A stretch of 50,155 nt of DNA, from IMG/VR virus record IMGVR_UViG_2870479586_000004. One strand, written 5' to 3'. The notes under the pieces are model-generated. The model was given only the letters and a program-made list of their open reading frames with translations, was not told where the DNA came from and did no database searches. The position numbers and the translations under genes are program-made. Numbering within the stretch: position 1 is the stretch's first letter; each line of letters begins with the position of its first letter. The stretch is from a virus (lineage: Duplodnaviria > Heunggongvirae > Uroviricota > Caudoviricetes). Of the stretch, positions 11,720-26,379 are shown in pieces.

Positions 11720-12360
11720 TTGTCGGTATACCTCTCTCGTTTGCTCAGTTGTTCAGGAATATGGTGCAGCAGCTCGCCATCACCACAGTAAATGGCGGCA
11801 TGATTCGGCACCGATGAACCAAAACAGCACAGCAGCACATCGCCCGGTTGTGCTGATGACAACGGCACCTGATACAGCCCTGTGGCCTCCAGATTATCCA
11901 GATAGAGATTCTGACCGTGACGCCACCAGTCATCCTCGCGATGAAAATCCGGCATCTCAATCCCCGCCAGATGATAAGCATCCCGGAACAGCGTGTAACA
12001 GTCCGTCACCCCGTGCTCAAAGCGCCGCCCGCTGAGATGCGGCACACAGCGGAACTTGTGAATCGTCCCCCGGCAGACCAGCCACCACGGCAAATCACTC
12101 TGCACCTGCAGCCGCCGGTCGGCCTCACTCAGCCAGGGCAGACCACCGGGGTGGCTGTGGACCAGCGCCACAATCTCACCCTGCATTTCTGCCTGCAGCC
12201 AGTCTTCCGGCGACATACGGAAATACGCCTCCGGCTCACCGGAGATATTCACGCAGGGGAAATATCTTTCCCCCTCCGGCGTGCTTACCACGAAGCCGCA
12301 CGACTCCGCTGGCGCACATCGCCGGGCGTGCGCCAGAATCGCTGATTCTGTCTCTGTCAT
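11617..12360 (-). CDS. K: tail assembly protein K (MPN/JAMM-like HSHP motif plus NlpC/P60-like region)
   Basis: 247-aa ORF beginning MTETESAILAHARRCAPAESCGF..., recalled match to lambda K; may start at the internal Met of MSPEDWLQ as in the classical annotation. Confidence 0.85.
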   Translation of the reverse strand: MTETESAILAHARRCAPAESCGFVVSTPEGERYFPCVNISGEPEAYFRMSPEDWLQAEMQGEIVALVHSHPGGLPWLSEADRRLQVQSDLPWWLVCRGTIHKFRCVPHLSGRRFEHGVTDCYTLFRDAYHLAGIEMPDFHREDDWWRHGQNLYLDNLEATGLYQVPLSSAQPGDVLLCCFGSSVPNHAAIYCGDGELLHHIPEQLSKRERYTDKWQRRTHSLWRHRAWRASAFTGICNDLAAASTFV

Positions 12361-12365
12361 GGGAT

Positions 12366-13064
12366 TTACTGCGAAAGTTTGTTAATGGAAAGGAAGCCGC
12401 CAAAGTTGCCGACGTTATTGCGAAACTTACAGCCGCTCAGGCATTTGCTGCATTTATCCTTCGTGATATCGGACGTTGGCTGGTCATATTCATCCGCGAC
12501 AGCCGGACCGCTATAACCGCACTCATCACCGCGATAGGTCCAGGTACAGGTGTTGGCCAGCATGATACGCCCCGGAAAAACAGCGCCATCCGTTTCAGTC
12601 GGTGTGGCCAGCACAAAGGTCGCGCTGACCGCGCTCAGTTCGCTGCACTGCTCGATGCGCCAGCGGCTGATCACCTCCTGCTCCGGATCGGCTTCGCTGT
12701 TTCCGTTGACGAAGTTCACCGCATCCAGAAAACGGGCATAAACCTTACGCCTGACCACCGTTCCGCCGACCAGACTCTGCAAATCCTCCGCCATACCGGT
12801 GACCATACCGTACAGGTTAGAAACCGTCAGCGTGGGGCGCGTACTGGTGCCTTTGCCATTCAGTTCAAAACCACTCCCCTGAATGGGATACGCCTGATAC
12901 TGTCGCCCCTGCCAGGTGACCGGCTCACCTTTTTCGTTCTGCTCATTACAGAAAAAATAACGTTCACCACCGACCTCTGTCAGATCGATTTCCCAGAGCA
13001 CCACGCTGGCCGACTGCTCCGCACGGGTGCATTCATTCAGTGTTTCCTGCCGGATATCCTGCAT
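12366..13064 (-). CDS. L: tail tip assembly protein L, 232 aa
   Basis: MQDIRQETLNECTRAEQSASVVLWEIDL...; recalled match to lambda L; correct position between M and K. Confidence 0.9.
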   Translation of the reverse strand: MQDIRQETLNECTRAEQSASVVLWEIDLTEVGGERYFFCNEQNEKGEPVTWQGRQYQAYPIQGSGFELNGKGTSTRPTLTVSNLYGMVTGMAEDLQSLVGGTVVRRKVYARFLDAVNFVNGNSEADPEQEVISRWRIEQCSELSAVSATFVLATPTETDGAVFPGRIMLANTCTWTYRGDECGYSGPAVADEYDQPTSDITKDKCSKCLSGCKFRNNVGNFGGFLSINKLSQ

Positions 13065-13392
13065 CAGTTCACCACCTGTTCAAACTCTGCGCTGAACTCA
13101 ACACGCAACATACTGACCCGCGACGACCATTTTGCGCAGGTCACCTTTATCTGCCTGTAACCATAAGGCGGCGTCCACAGAAAGGCTTTCCAGCCCCCGT
13201 GCTCTTCCAGAAACGACTCCAGTACCGTGGCCTCCTCACGGGGGACAGAAAGCGTCACGCTGTACGTTTTCAGGTTGGCATTCAGCCCGGCAGGCGCTCG
13301 CTGGGAATAGCCATCACCAAAGCGCACCTTTCTTACAGAAGGGCCGAAGCCACATCCATACCGGGTTTCACTTTCCAGCGGAAGGTTTTCAT
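13064..13392 (-). pseudogene. M: tail tip protein M, frame broken by an apparent 1-nt deletion near 13341-13345
   Basis: ATG overlapping the H stop (ATGA) encodes MKTFRWKVKPGMDVAS then stops; the remainder (...SVRKVRFGDGYSQRAPAGLNANLKTYSV...EFEQVVN) continues in another frame; 329 nt versus 330 expected. Confidence 0.8.
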
Positions 13393-15950
13393 CGTCCACC
13401 TCCGGAGAACAGGCCACCATCACGCATCTGTGTCTGAATTTCATCACGGGCACCCTTGCGGGCCATGTCATACACTGCCTTCATCATCTGTGGACCTGGC
13501 AGACCATTCGTACCGTCGTTCTGAATCACCACGTTGTTGTTCTGATTAAAATTAATGCCTTCAGCCCGCCGCATCTGCGCCGGACTTCCGGCACCGCCCA
13601 CATAACCACCTTCCGCATAGCCCCGCATCAGGCGGTACAGGTTGCCGACACCAATCCGGCTGGTTGCCTCCTTCGTGAAGACAAATTCACCACGGTGAAC
13701 AATCCCCGCTGGCTCATATTTGCCGCCGGTTCCCGTAAATCCCCCGGTCGCAAAACGGAATTTCGCCGCAGCGGCCTGAATGGCTGTACCGCCTGACGCG
13801 GATGCTCCACCACTGGCAGCACCGCCAATGGCGCTGCCGATACTCCCGACAATCCCCACCATTGCCTGCTTAAGCAGAATTTCTGTCATCATGGACAGCA
13901 CGGAACGGGTGAAGCTGCGCCAGTTCTGCTCACTGCCGGTCAGCATCGCCGCCATATTCTGTGCAATACCATCAAAGGTCTGCGTGGCTGCACTTTTAAC
14001 CTGCGACATACTGTCCGTGGCGCTCTCTTCCCACTCACTCCAGCCGGACTTCAGGCCTGCCATCCAGCTCCCGCGAAGCTGGTCTTCAGCCGCCCAGGTC
14101 TTTTTCTGCTCTGACATGACGTTATTCAGCGCCAGCGGATTATCGCCATACTGTTCCTTCAGGCGCTGTTCCGTGGCTTCCCGTTCTGCCTGCCGGTCAG
14201 TCAGCCCCCGGCTTTTCGCATCAATGGCGGCCCGTTTTGCCCGTTGCTGCTGTGCGAATTTATCCGCCTGCTGCGCCAGCGCGTTCAGGCGCTCCTGATA
14301 CGTAACCTTGTCGCCAAGTGCAGCCAGCTGGCGTTTGTACTCCAGCGTCTCATCTTTATGCGCCAGCAGGGATTTCTCCTGTGCAGACAGCTGGCGACGT
14401 TGCGCCGCCTCCTCCAGTACCGCGAACTGACTCTCCGCCTTCCACAAATCCCGGCGCTGCTGGCTGATTTTCTCATTCGCTCCGGCATGCTTCTCCAGCG
14501 TCCGGAGTTCTGCCTGAAGCGTCAGCAGGGCAGCATGAGCACTGTCTTCCTGACGATCGCCCGCAGACACCTTCACGCCGGACTGTTTCGGCTTTTTCAG
14601 CGTCGCTTCATAATCCTTTTTCGCCGCCGCCATCAGCGTGTTGTAATCCGCCTGCAGGATTTTCCCGTCTTTCAGTGCCTTATTCAGTTCTTCCTGACGG
14701 GCGGTATATTTCTCCAGCGGCGTCTGCAGGCGTTCGTAAGCCTTCTGCGCCTCTTCGGTATATTTCAGCCGTGACGCTTCGGTATCGCTCTGCTGCTGCG
14801 CATTTTTGTCCTGTTGAGTCTGCTGCTCAGCCTTCTTTCGGGCGGCTTCAAGCGCAAGACGGGCCTTTTCACGATCATCCCAGTAACGCGCCCGCGCTTC
14901 ATCGTTAACAAAATAATCATCCTTGCGCAGATTCCAGATGTCGTCTGCTTTCTTAAACGCAGCCTCTGCCTTAATCAGCATCTCCTGCGCGGTATCAGGA
15001 CGACCAATATCCAGCACCGCATCCCACATGGATTTGAATGCCCGCGCTGTCCTGTCTGCCCAGGTCTCCAGCGTGCCCATGTTCTCTTTCAGGCGGCGGG
15101 TCTGGTCATCAAACCCTTTCGTTGCGGCTTCGTTCGCCGCCTGCAATGCCCCGGCTTCATCGCCGGAACGCTGCAACTGAGCAACATACGCAATCTGCTC
15201 CGCCGTCACGTTATGGAACTGGCGCGCCATCGCCGTCAGCCCCGACGTCGGGTCAGTGGTCAGCTTCCCGAAGGCTTCAGCGACCTTGTCCACCTCCACA
15301 CCGGATGCAGAAGAGAAACGCGCCACACTCTGGCTGATGGACGCAATCTGAGCCTCACCGCTTACCCCCGCCTTAACCAGTGCACTGAGTGACTCGCTGG
15401 TCTGGTTAAACGTCAGCCCTGCCGCCTGCCCGGCTCTGGACAGGACCAGCATACGATCTGCCGTCAGACCCGACTGATTACCGGAAAGGACCAGCGTTTT
15501 GTTGAAATCGGACAGGGTTGAGTTACCCTGATACCAGGCATACGCCAGCGCACCGGTCGCCACCGCCAGCGAGGTGGCCCCGACCATCGGCAGGGTGATC
15601 GCACCGGCAAGCCCCCGGAACATGGGGATCATCCCGCCGAAGGAGTCCTTAACCTGACCACCCTGTTGCAGCAGGATCAGCCACGGACTTTGCCCGCCTG
15701 CAAGCTGCGTGGCCACGTCGGTGAACTGTGCAGGCAGCATACGCATGGCGGCTTTATACTGCCCGACGGAAATCCCCGCTTTCTGTGCAGCCAGCGCCTG
15801 TCGGCTCAGCGACTGTTCAACGACTGCCGCTGTTTTTTTCGCATCAGTTTCCGTACCGGAAAAATGACGCCTGACTCTGGCCATCTGCTCGTCAAATCTG
15901 GCCGCATCCAGACTTAAATCAACGACCAGATCGCCTACCGGTTCAGCCAT
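13389..15950 (-). CDS. H: tail tape-measure protein H, 853 aa
   Basis: Length and sequence match recalled lambda H; lies between G/T and M. Confidence 0.95.
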   Translation of the reverse strand: MAEPVGDLVVDLSLDAARFDEQMARVRRHFSGTETDAKKTAAVVEQSLSRQALAAQKAGISVGQYKAAMRMLPAQFTDVATQLAGGQSPWLILLQQGGQVKDSFGGMIPMFRGLAGAITLPMVGATSLAVATGALAYAWYQGNSTLSDFNKTLVLSGNQSGLTADRMLVLSRAGQAAGLTFNQTSESLSALVKAGVSGEAQIASISQSVARFSSASGVEVDKVAEAFGKLTTDPTSGLTAMARQFHNVTAEQIAYVAQLQRSGDEAGALQAANEAATKGFDDQTRRLKENMGTLETWADRTARAFKSMWDAVLDIGRPDTAQEMLIKAEAAFKKADDIWNLRKDDYFVNDEARARYWDDREKARLALEAARKKAEQQTQQDKNAQQQSDTEASRLKYTEEAQKAYERLQTPLEKYTARQEELNKALKDGKILQADYNTLMAAAKKDYEATLKKPKQSGVKVSAGDRQEDSAHAALLTLQAELRTLEKHAGANEKISQQRRDLWKAESQFAVLEEAAQRRQLSAQEKSLLAHKDETLEYKRQLAALGDKVTYQERLNALAQQADKFAQQQRAKRAAIDAKSRGLTDRQAEREATEQRLKEQYGDNPLALNNVMSEQKKTWAAEDQLRGSWMAGLKSGWSEWEESATDSMSQVKSAATQTFDGIAQNMAAMLTGSEQNWRSFTRSVLSMMTEILLKQAMVGIVGSIGSAIGGAASGGASASGGTAIQAAAAKFRFATGGFTGTGGKYEPAGIVHRGEFVFTKEATSRIGVGNLYRLMRGYAEGGYVGGAGSPAQMRRAEGINFNQNNNVVIQNDGTNGLPGPQMMKAVYDMARKGARDEIQTQMRDGGLFSGGGR

Positions 15951-16377
15951 ACCGGACTCCTCCTGCGATCCCTTCTGATACTGTCATCAGCATTACGTCA
16001 TCCTCCGTCATGTCCGCCACATCCGGGGAAGCAGGGATAACTTCATTCCCGTCCGGGCCAAAGCGGACACCTCCGGCAAGCCCTGCCGCTTTCTGCATCA
16101 GCACATCATCTTCAGGCTCTTCGTCAGCCTCGCGCCGGTTCAGCAGACTGAAATCCAGCGGATGCATATCCGGATCGCTGAAAAACAGGCTGAGCACGGT
16201 GTACGTCAGCCCGGAAAAGTGCATATCCAGCAGAACATCATGAAAATAATGGGTACTGTAAAAGCGGTGCCAGTCGGCATACTCCGTGGATGACATCCCG
16301 GCAAGCATGGCACGCCAGTCGGGTCGCCCCATCTCACGCGCCAGTTTCAGGGCAAAACTCAGCTCACCGTCGAACAC
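15943..16377 (-). CDS. T: tail assembly chaperone T segment, expressed as a G-T fusion by programmed -1 frameshift
   Basis: ORF in the -1 frame overlapping the 3' end of G; sequence MFDGELSFALKLAREMGRPDW... matches recalled lambda T. Confidence 0.85.
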   Translation of the reverse strand: MFDGELSFALKLAREMGRPDWRAMLAGMSSTEYADWHRFYSTHYFHDVLLDMHFSGLTYTVLSLFFSDPDMHPLDFSLLNRREADEEPEDDVLMQKAAGLAGGVRFGPDGNEVIPASPDVADMTEDDVMLMTVSEGIAGGVRYG

Positions 16378-16781
16378 TTTCCCGCAGAAACAGGCTCTGC
16401 AGGCCCGGCGTCATCTGCCTGTTCAGGAGCATCATTCACCACAAACTCATACATACCGGACAGCCGGTACACCACGTTTTCAGCATGAGAAATTGCCTCC
16501 GTGGGCCAGGTGGTAAGCACTTCCTGCTCAATCTGTTTAACGGCTTCATTCATGGACGGCATCTGCGTCTTCTGCGGATGGTTATGCCACAGGGACATCG
16601 CCACCAGAAACGCGCCGGTTCTGATGGCGTCTTCCACAGTAAACTTCCGGTTGCTGTCTGACTCCGCCTGTTCTGCCTGCCGTTTCATCAGGGCGAGATG
16701 CTCAATACGCTGCAGGGCTGACAGTTCAGAAAGCGTGACGGTCACACCGTTATGTTCAAATGATTCGGTTTTCAGGAACAT
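16359..16781 (-). CDS. G: tail assembly chaperone G, 140 aa
   Basis: MFLKTESFEHNGVTVTLSELSALQRIEHLALMKRQ...; recalled match to lambda G. Confidence 0.9.
   Translation of the reverse strand: MFLKTESFEHNGVTVTLSELSALQRIEHLALMKRQAEQAESDSNRKFTVEDAIRTGAFLVAMSLWHNHPQKTQMPSMNEAVKQIEQEVLTTWPTEAISHAENVVYRLSGMYEFVVNDAPEQADDAGPAEPVSAGKCSTVS
16377..16383 (-). other. programmed -1 ribosomal frameshift slippery heptamer G GGA AAG at the G/T junction
   Basis: Minus-strand sequence ...TCT GCG GGA AAG TGT... five codons before the G stop, as in lambda G-T. Confidence 0.7.
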
Positions 16782-16796
16782 CGCTGACTCTCCGGA

Positions 16797-17537
16797 TTAA
16801 CTGGCGGTGACGTTGATTTCTGCAACCGCAGCAAGTTCACCATTACCGGATACGACCGGAATGTTGACCTTACCTGCAGCAACGCCTTTCACGGTAATGG
16901 TCATACCACTGACCGACACGGTGGCTTTTGTTTTATCCGCAGACACCGCACGGAAGCTCTTGTCGGTTGCGCCTTCCGGCTGGAATGCCACGGTCAGCGT
17001 GGTGCTCTGCCCTTTCACCACCGAGGAGCTGGCAGGCGTCACGGTCATACCGGTTGCCGCCGTCACCGTACTGCGATCTTCTGCCATTGACGGACGGCCC
17101 ACATTGGTGACCTTCACCGTACGGGTGATCACTTCCTTCGCCGTCACCGCCTTACCGATACTGCTGACCCAGCCACGGAACACATCGACCGTGCCGTTCG
17201 GGAAGCGGATTTTATAGGCACGGGTATCACCTTCATTAAACCACGCCAGCAGCGCCTGCTGCCCCTGCTCTCCGGGCATCCACGCCAGCGTGAAGCTGGT
17301 ATCTCCGGCGGATTTCTGCCCCTGCCCGGTCGCGGTCCAGTCCGCATATTCATCATCGAGATAACTGTCGTCATAGGACTCAGCGGTCAGTTCGCCGGGT
17401 GTCAGGTCTTTAACTTTTGCCAGACGCGACCAGTCAACGTCTGAAAGCGGGTTCGCATAAGGGTCACCGTTCCCCTTATAAACCCACAGGGTGGTTCCGG
17501 CCCCTTTCACCGGTGCCAGAGGATTTGGTGTTGGCAT
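16797..17537 (-). CDS. V: major tail tube protein V, 246 aa
   Basis: Start at internal ATG 17537 ([22 protein letters not shown]...); C-terminal Ig-like domain; recalled match to lambda V. Confidence 0.9.
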   Translation of the reverse strand: MPTPNPLAPVKGAGTTLWVYKGNGDPYANPLSDVDWSRLAKVKDLTPGELTAESYDDSYLDDEYADWTATGQGQKSAGDTSFTLAWMPGEQGQQALLAWFNEGDTRAYKIRFPNGTVDVFRGWVSSIGKAVTAKEVITRTVKVTNVGRPSMAEDRSTVTAATGMTVTPASSSVVKGQSTTLTVAFQPEGATDKSFRAVSADKTKATVSVSGMTITVKGVAAGKVNIPVVSGNGELAAVAEINVTAS

Positions 17538-17544
17538 ATCGTCC

Positions 17545-17940
17545 TCACATTTCATAGGTAATGACATAAGTCAGATCGGCTGAACTCCACAGGCCCGCAT
17601 CATCGTCGCGCCGGTAGTCATAGCCACTGGCCACCATACTGGTGATCAAATCTGACAGTGCCGGGATATCGCTCATCACCGGATAAATCCGGGACTCCAT
17701 CCACGCATCCAGCTCTGAATCCGGTACCTGAGCAGGCAGGAAAACTTCAATATGCAGCTCCGCCTGCCAGGTATCGCTGTCCAGCTCTTCGCCCGTGTAT
17801 TCAGCGCCGGTGAGATAAACGGCAACTGCCGGAAAATCCGCCTCATCAAAAACAGCGGGGCGACCATCAAAAAACGTCGCCCCGGTGTCATGCTTCTCCA
17901 GTGCATCCAGTACGGCTGCACGGAGTTCAGTATGTTTCAT
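17545..17940 (-). CDS. U: tail terminator protein U, 131 aa
   Basis: [33 protein letters not shown]...; recalled match to lambda U. Confidence 0.9.
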   Translation of the reverse strand: MKHTELRAAVLDALEKHDTGATFFDGRPAVFDEADFPAVAVYLTGAEYTGEELDSDTWQAELHIEVFLPAQVPDSELDAWMESRIYPVMSDIPALSDLITSMVASGYDYRRDDDAGLWSSADLTYVITYEM

Positions 17941-18515
17941 CGCTTTATTACCATCCTCAGTTGATGCTGCAGCGCATAGCCCAGCTCTTTCGGAAGACGT
18001 TCACGCCGTATCCGCTCAATATTTTGTTTAAACGCCGTGGTCAGCGGCACCGCCATCGGGATTTTCACCACATCAATGGGGTAACGGTTTTTCCCGGCCA
18101 CACGCTGCATGACATGCCACCGGCCATTTTTCAGTTGCTGAATAAACGCGCCGGGAATACGACGGTTACCCACCACAAGCACGCTGCCGCCACCTTTCAG
18201 GGCTGAACGCTGCCCCTTTTTACGACGCCTGCGTCGGGACAGGACAATCCGCGCGTTACCCAGCTTTATTACGGGCAAATCCCCCCGGTTAACCTTGATT
18301 CTGGCCTGCGGATTTTTGACCGTAGCCCTTTTCAGCCTGGCCCTTTCCTTTACCAGTTTCCGGCGTACCTTTGTCTCACGGGCAACCTGTGACGCCGACT
18401 GCGATATCGCGGATGAAGCAACGCGGTTAATAGCCATTGCGGCGGCACCGGGCACCGCCGTTCTGCTGATACGGCTGAGGTTTTCAACGGCCTGCTCAAG
18501 ACCTTTTATGGCCAT
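17937..18515 (-). CDS. Z: tail completion protein Z, 192 aa
   Basis: MAIKGLEQAVENLSRIS...; recalled match to lambda Z. Confidence 0.9.
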   Translation of the reverse strand: MAIKGLEQAVENLSRISRTAVPGAAAMAINRVASSAISQSASQVARETKVRRKLVKERARLKRATVKNPQARIKVNRGDLPVIKLGNARIVLSRRRRRKKGQRSALKGGGSVLVVGNRRIPGAFIQQLKNGRWHVMQRVAGKNRYPIDVVKIPMAVPLTTAFKQNIERIRRERLPKELGYALQHQLRMVIKR

Positions 18516-18526
18516 ACATCCCCCTT

Positions 18527-18880
18527 TCAGCGGCGACGGTTAACGGCAGGCGGCACGCCACGCCCAAGCCAGAGATGACAGCTTCCGCCATCATCCGGTG
18601 AAATCCGGTCTATCCAGAAGTTTTCCTCACCGATGGTCAGCGTGTCGCCGCGCCGCAGCTGCCGCACATCATCAGTCCGGACAAACAGGGACGGGCTGGA
18701 GCCTTCAACACGCACGCCCTGTCCGGCATAGCTGATATTTTCAGGGTCATCAAAAACACCACGTATTACTGCGCCGGACTGCTCACCGGATGTCATGGTG
18801 GCTGACGTTCCCATGTACCCGCGTATCGTTTCATCGGCGCGGGCAATGGCAGCATCGAACAGGTTATCGAAATCAGCCAC
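18527..18880 (-). CDS. FII: head-tail connector protein FII, 117 aa
   Basis: MADFDNLFDAAIARADETIRGYMGTSA...; recalled match to lambda FII. Confidence 0.9.
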   Translation of the reverse strand: MADFDNLFDAAIARADETIRGYMGTSATMTSGEQSGAVIRGVFDDPENISYAGQGVRVEGSSPSLFVRTDDVRQLRRGDTLTIGEENFWIDRISPDDGGSCHLWLGRGVPPAVNRRR

Positions 18881-18891
18881 AGCGCCTCCCG

Positions 18892-19287
18892 TTATTGCAT
18901 TCTGGCCAGGCCATGTTCTGTCATTTCGGCTGCCACACTGGCAGAAACACGGAACGCCGTTCCCGGCAGCACAAATGCCACAGCCTCATCCCGCGTGGCG
19001 TGAAGTGCATCAGTATGCAGCGTCACCAGTGCCACAACCGTGACCAGATCAGCCGTATCAGTCACGGTACCCGGCTGCGCTGACACCACCTCATTTTCAT
19101 GCCCGGTCAGCGCATTTTCCGGGCTGACAGACGTGTCCTGACCGGCAGCGTCATCCGTGTCATCAAGCTCCTCTTCCAGCTCTGCCACACGGAGCGCCAG
19201 TTCTTCTTTCGTCCCCGTCAGGCTGACATCACGGTTCAGTTGCTCACCCAGCACCTGAAGACGGGAAATCAGTTCATCTTTCGTCAT
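18892..19287 (-). CDS. FI: DNA-packaging protein FI
   Basis: Start at internal ATG 19287 (MTKDELISRLQVLGEQLNRDVSLTGTKEELALRVAELEEEL...); recalled match to lambda FI. Confidence 0.85.
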   Translation of the reverse strand: MTKDELISRLQVLGEQLNRDVSLTGTKEELALRVAELEEELDDTDDAAGQDTSVSPENALTGHENEVVSAQPGTVTDTADLVTVVALVTLHTDALHATRDEAVAFVLPGTAFRVSASVAAEMTEHGLARMQ

Positions 19288-19328
19288 GGACTCCTCCACA
19301 GAGAGAAAATGGCCCCGAAGGGCCATGA

Positions 19329-20354
19329 TTACGCCAGTTGTACGGACACGAACTCATCAGGGTCAGCCAGCAGCATCAGCGGTGCTGACTGAATCATGGT
19401 GAACTCACGCGCCGGATCGCCGGTGGTCACCCAGTTTTTCGGGTAACGGGCAGAGGCGTTAATGCCTTCGCGCTGTGCGTCCGCATCCTGAATGCAGCCA
19501 TAGGTGCGCAGACCGCGTGCCTGAGTGTTGCCCAGCACCATCGTGTTGTCCGGCAGGAAGTTCTTTTTGACACCATTTTCCACGTACTGTCCGGAATACA
19601 CGACGATGGCCACATCGCCATACATTCCCTTATAAGACACCGCTTTGCCCAGGTCTTTTACCGCTGTCTCCAGTTCGGAATGAGAGCCGCGACGGGTATC
19701 CAGCTTCTCCCTGACGGCTTTGAAGGAACGGAACAGCGCCCAGCCTTTCGGATCAAACACGATGATATTCACCACACCGCTGGCGTTCAGCGCGTAGGCT
19801 TCGATATCGTCGGTCGGGTCATACGTGGACTTATCACGCTTACTCCACTCCGTGCCGCCGGACTGCGTGATGTTATTCGCCGCATTGCGGCCCATATCCA
19901 CCTCAACCGGATCGAAGGCTTCACCGGTCATGGTGTATTTGCCCCTGAGCACGGCAGAAACGGCCTGCATCTCTTCGACCTGGGCAATGGCCAGCTCCTC
20001 GTCACGCATGTTCTGCAGGATGATGCGACGGCGGCGGTAAGCCGGGTCCGCCAGATTCTGCGGATCTTCATCCGGCAGGCGACGCAGGGTCATCTGCGGA
20101 TTCACCTCATGCTTGGGTTTGACATATCCCGGCGTAAATTCAGAGGTGGAGCCGCCACGGGAGCGGATAACCTCACCGGAAACAATCGGCGAAACGTACA
20201 GCGCCATGTTTACCAGTCCCGGAATTTGTGAGAGATAGACTTTCTCCGTGGTGAAGGGATAGCTCTCACGGAAAAAGAGACGCAGAAACAGCGGATCAAA
20301 CTTAAATTTCTGCTCATTTGCCGCCAGCAGCTGGGCGGTTGTGTACATCGACAT
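19329..20354 (-). CDS. E: major capsid protein E, 341 aa
   Basis: Start at internal ATG 20354 (MSMYTTAQLLAANEQKFKFDPLF...); recalled near-identity to lambda E. Confidence 0.95.
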   Translation of the reverse strand: MSMYTTAQLLAANEQKFKFDPLFLRLFFRESYPFTTEKVYLSQIPGLVNMALYVSPIVSGEVIRSRGGSTSEFTPGYVKPKHEVNPQMTLRRLPDEDPQNLADPAYRRRRIILQNMRDEELAIAQVEEMQAVSAVLRGKYTMTGEAFDPVEVDMGRNAANNITQSGGTEWSKRDKSTYDPTDDIEAYALNASGVVNIIVFDPKGWALFRSFKAVREKLDTRRGSHSELETAVKDLGKAVSYKGMYGDVAIVVYSGQYVENGVKKNFLPDNTMVLGNTQARGLRTYGCIQDADAQREGINASARYPKNWVTTGDPAREFTMIQSAPLMLLADPDEFVSVQLA

Positions 20355-20409
20355 AAAAAAATCCCGTAAAAAAAGCCGCACAGGCGGCCTTTAGTGATGA
20401 AGGGTAAGG

Positions 20410-20742
20410 TTAAACGATGCTGATTGCCGTTCCGGCAAACGCGGTCCGTTTTTTCGTCTCGTCGGTGGCAGCCTCCGGCCAGAGCACATCCTCATAACGG
20501 AACGTGCCTGACTTGTAGAACGTCAGCGTGGTGCTGGTCTGGTCAGCAGCAACCGCCAGGATGCCAACGGCAGCACCGTCGGTGGTGCCATCCCACGCAA
20601 CCAGCTTACGGGTGGAGGTATCCGGCATCAGCGGGGTCATTGCAGGCGCTTTCGCACTCAATCCGCCGGGCGCGGTTGCGGTATGAGCCGGGTCACTGTT
20701 GCCCAGCGGCTGGTAATGGGTAAAGGTTTCTTTGCTCGTCAT
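20410..20742 (-). CDS. D: head decoration protein D, 110 aa
   Basis: [27 protein letters not shown]...; recalled match to lambda D. Confidence 0.95.
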   Translation of the reverse strand: MTSKETFTHYQPLGNSDPAHTATAPGGLSAKAPAMTPLMPDTSTRKLVAWDGTTDGAAVGILAVAADQTSTTLTFYKSGTFRYEDVLWPEAATDETKKRTAFAGTAISIV

Positions 20743-20751
20743 AAACATCCC

Positions 20752-22050
20752 TTACACTGGTGTGTTCAGCAAATCGTTAACGGCATCAGATGCCGGGTTA
20801 CCTGCAGCCAGCGGTGCCGGTGCACCCTGCATCAGACGATCCAGCGCAGTGTCACTGCGCGCCTGTGCACTCTGTGGTGCAGCTGCCAGAATGCGGCGGG
20901 CCGTTTCCACGGTCATACCGGGGGTTCCGGCCAGCACGCGTGCCTGTTCTTCGCGTCCGTGAGCCTCCTCACAGTTGAGGATCCCATAATGCGACTGTTT
21001 TCTGCCGCAACCGCTGCGGTGATCTGCGCGTTCACGTCCGGCTGCGCCGCGCTGGCGTTCTCGCCCTCCGTCGCTGACACCACGTCAGTAACGTCAGCCT
21101 GCAAAGCAGTGGCTGAAACAGTTGTTGATTGAGTCTCTTTGGTCATTCGCCCTCCTGAGAGACGGGATTTACGTGCATCCAGTGCATCACGCATGACGGT
21201 GATCGCATCGGTGCTGTTAACAAGTTCATCAGCCAGTCCGGCATCAATGGCCTCCTGACCGCTGTACACTGCAGCCTCGGTATCCAGAACAGCCTGCACG
21301 GACAGGCCGGTATATGCCGACACTTTCTGCGCAAACATCTGGCGGGTTGCATCCATCCGGGACTGCAGTGTTTCCCGGACGTCATCCGGAAGATGGCTGT
21401 AGGGGTTGCCATCCACCTTATGGCTGCCGCTGTAAATCAGCGTGATTTCCACGCCCTGTTTCTCCAGCGCAGCACCGTAATTGCTGTGAGCCATCATGAC
21501 GCCGATGGAGCCTGTCCGGGCGGTCTGCGTGACCAGACGCCGGGAAGCGGCACTGGCAAGCAACTGACCTGCACTGCAGTTCATGTCGTTGGCCAGCGCC
21601 CATACCGGTTTTATGTCACGCACACGGGCGATGATGTCAGCGCAGTCAAATGCCCCCGCCACCATCCCGCCGGGCGTGTCCATATCGAGCAGAATGCCGT
21701 CCACCATCGGATCGCTGGCAGCCTGTTGCAGACGGGCGATAATGCCGTTGTAACCGGTCATCCCCGAATACGGCTGCAGCGCCCGCGTCCGGCTGACCAG
21801 CGTGCCGGAAACCGGCAGCACGGCGATGCCGTTCATGACCTGATAACTGCGGGCCTGTCGTGGTCCGTCATCATCACCGGATAACGCCAGCGTCGCGGGT
21901 GCCTCTCCGGCAGTCAGGCTGTCACCGGACACCGCATCTGTCAGGCGGCTGATCCCAAGCTGGCCTGCAAGCGCACAAAAGAAAACCCGCGCATAGGCGG
22001 GTTCAAGCATCAGCGGCTCATTAAAGGCCATGCTGGCAATATGCGGGAGA

Positions 22051-22070
<20 letters not shown>
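20752..22070 (-). pseudogene. C: capsid assembly protease C with nested scaffold Nu3, frame broken by an apparent 1-nt deletion at 20983-20985
   Basis: GTG start at 22070 after GGAGGA (VTAELRNLPHIASMAFNEPLMLEP...); frame leaves the lambda sequence after ...AAENSRIMG; true C-terminus (...PGMTV..TARRILAAAPQSAQ...DLLNTPV) is in ORF 20752-20937; 1319 nt versus 1320 expected. Confidence 0.85.
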
Positions 22071-25751
<3,681 letters not shown>

Positions 25752-25777
<26 letters not shown>

Positions 25778-26297
25778 TCAGCAACCCCGGTATCAGTTCA
25801 TCCAGTGCGGCTGCTTTGTTCATGGCTTTGATGATATCCCGTTTCAGGAAATCAACATGTCGGTTTTCCAGTTCCGGAAAACGCCGCTGCACCGACAGGG
25901 GGATCCCGTCGAGAATACTGGCAATTTCACCTGCGATCCGCGACAGCACGAAAGTACAGAATGCGGTTTCCACCACTTCAGCGGAGTCTCTGGCATTCTT
26001 CAGCTCCTGTGCGTCGGCCTGCGCACGCGTAAGTCGATGGCGTTCGTACTCAATAGTCCCTGGCTGGAGATCTGCCTCGCTGGCCTGCCGCAGTTCTTCA
26101 ACTTCCCGGCGCAGCTTTTCGTTCTCAATTTCAGCATCCCTTTCGGCATACCATTTTATGACGGCGGCAGAGTCATAAAGCACCTCATTACCCTTGCCAC
26201 CGCCTCGCAGAACGGGCATTCCCTGTTCCTGCCAGTTCTGAATGGTACGGATACTCGCACCGAAAATGTCAGCCAGCTGCTTTTTGTTGACTTCCAT
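25752..26297 (-). CDS. Nu1: terminase small subunit Nu1, 181 aa
   Basis: MEVNKKQLADIFGASIRTIQNWQEQGMPVLRGGGKGNEVLYDSAAVIKWYAERDAEIENEKLRREVEEL...; recalled match to lambda Nu1. Confidence 0.95.
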
Positions 26298-26379
26298 TGT
26301 TCATTCCACGGACAAAAACAGAGAAAGGAAACGACAAAGGCCAAAAAGCCCGTTTTCAGCACCTGTCGTTTCCTTTCTT

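Noticed and set aside
13780-15392. Plus-strand ORFs of 170-190 aa inside the tape-measure gene H
   Set aside because: Shadow ORFs opposite a well-supported 853-aa gene; products are Arg/Leu/Pro-rich low-complexity
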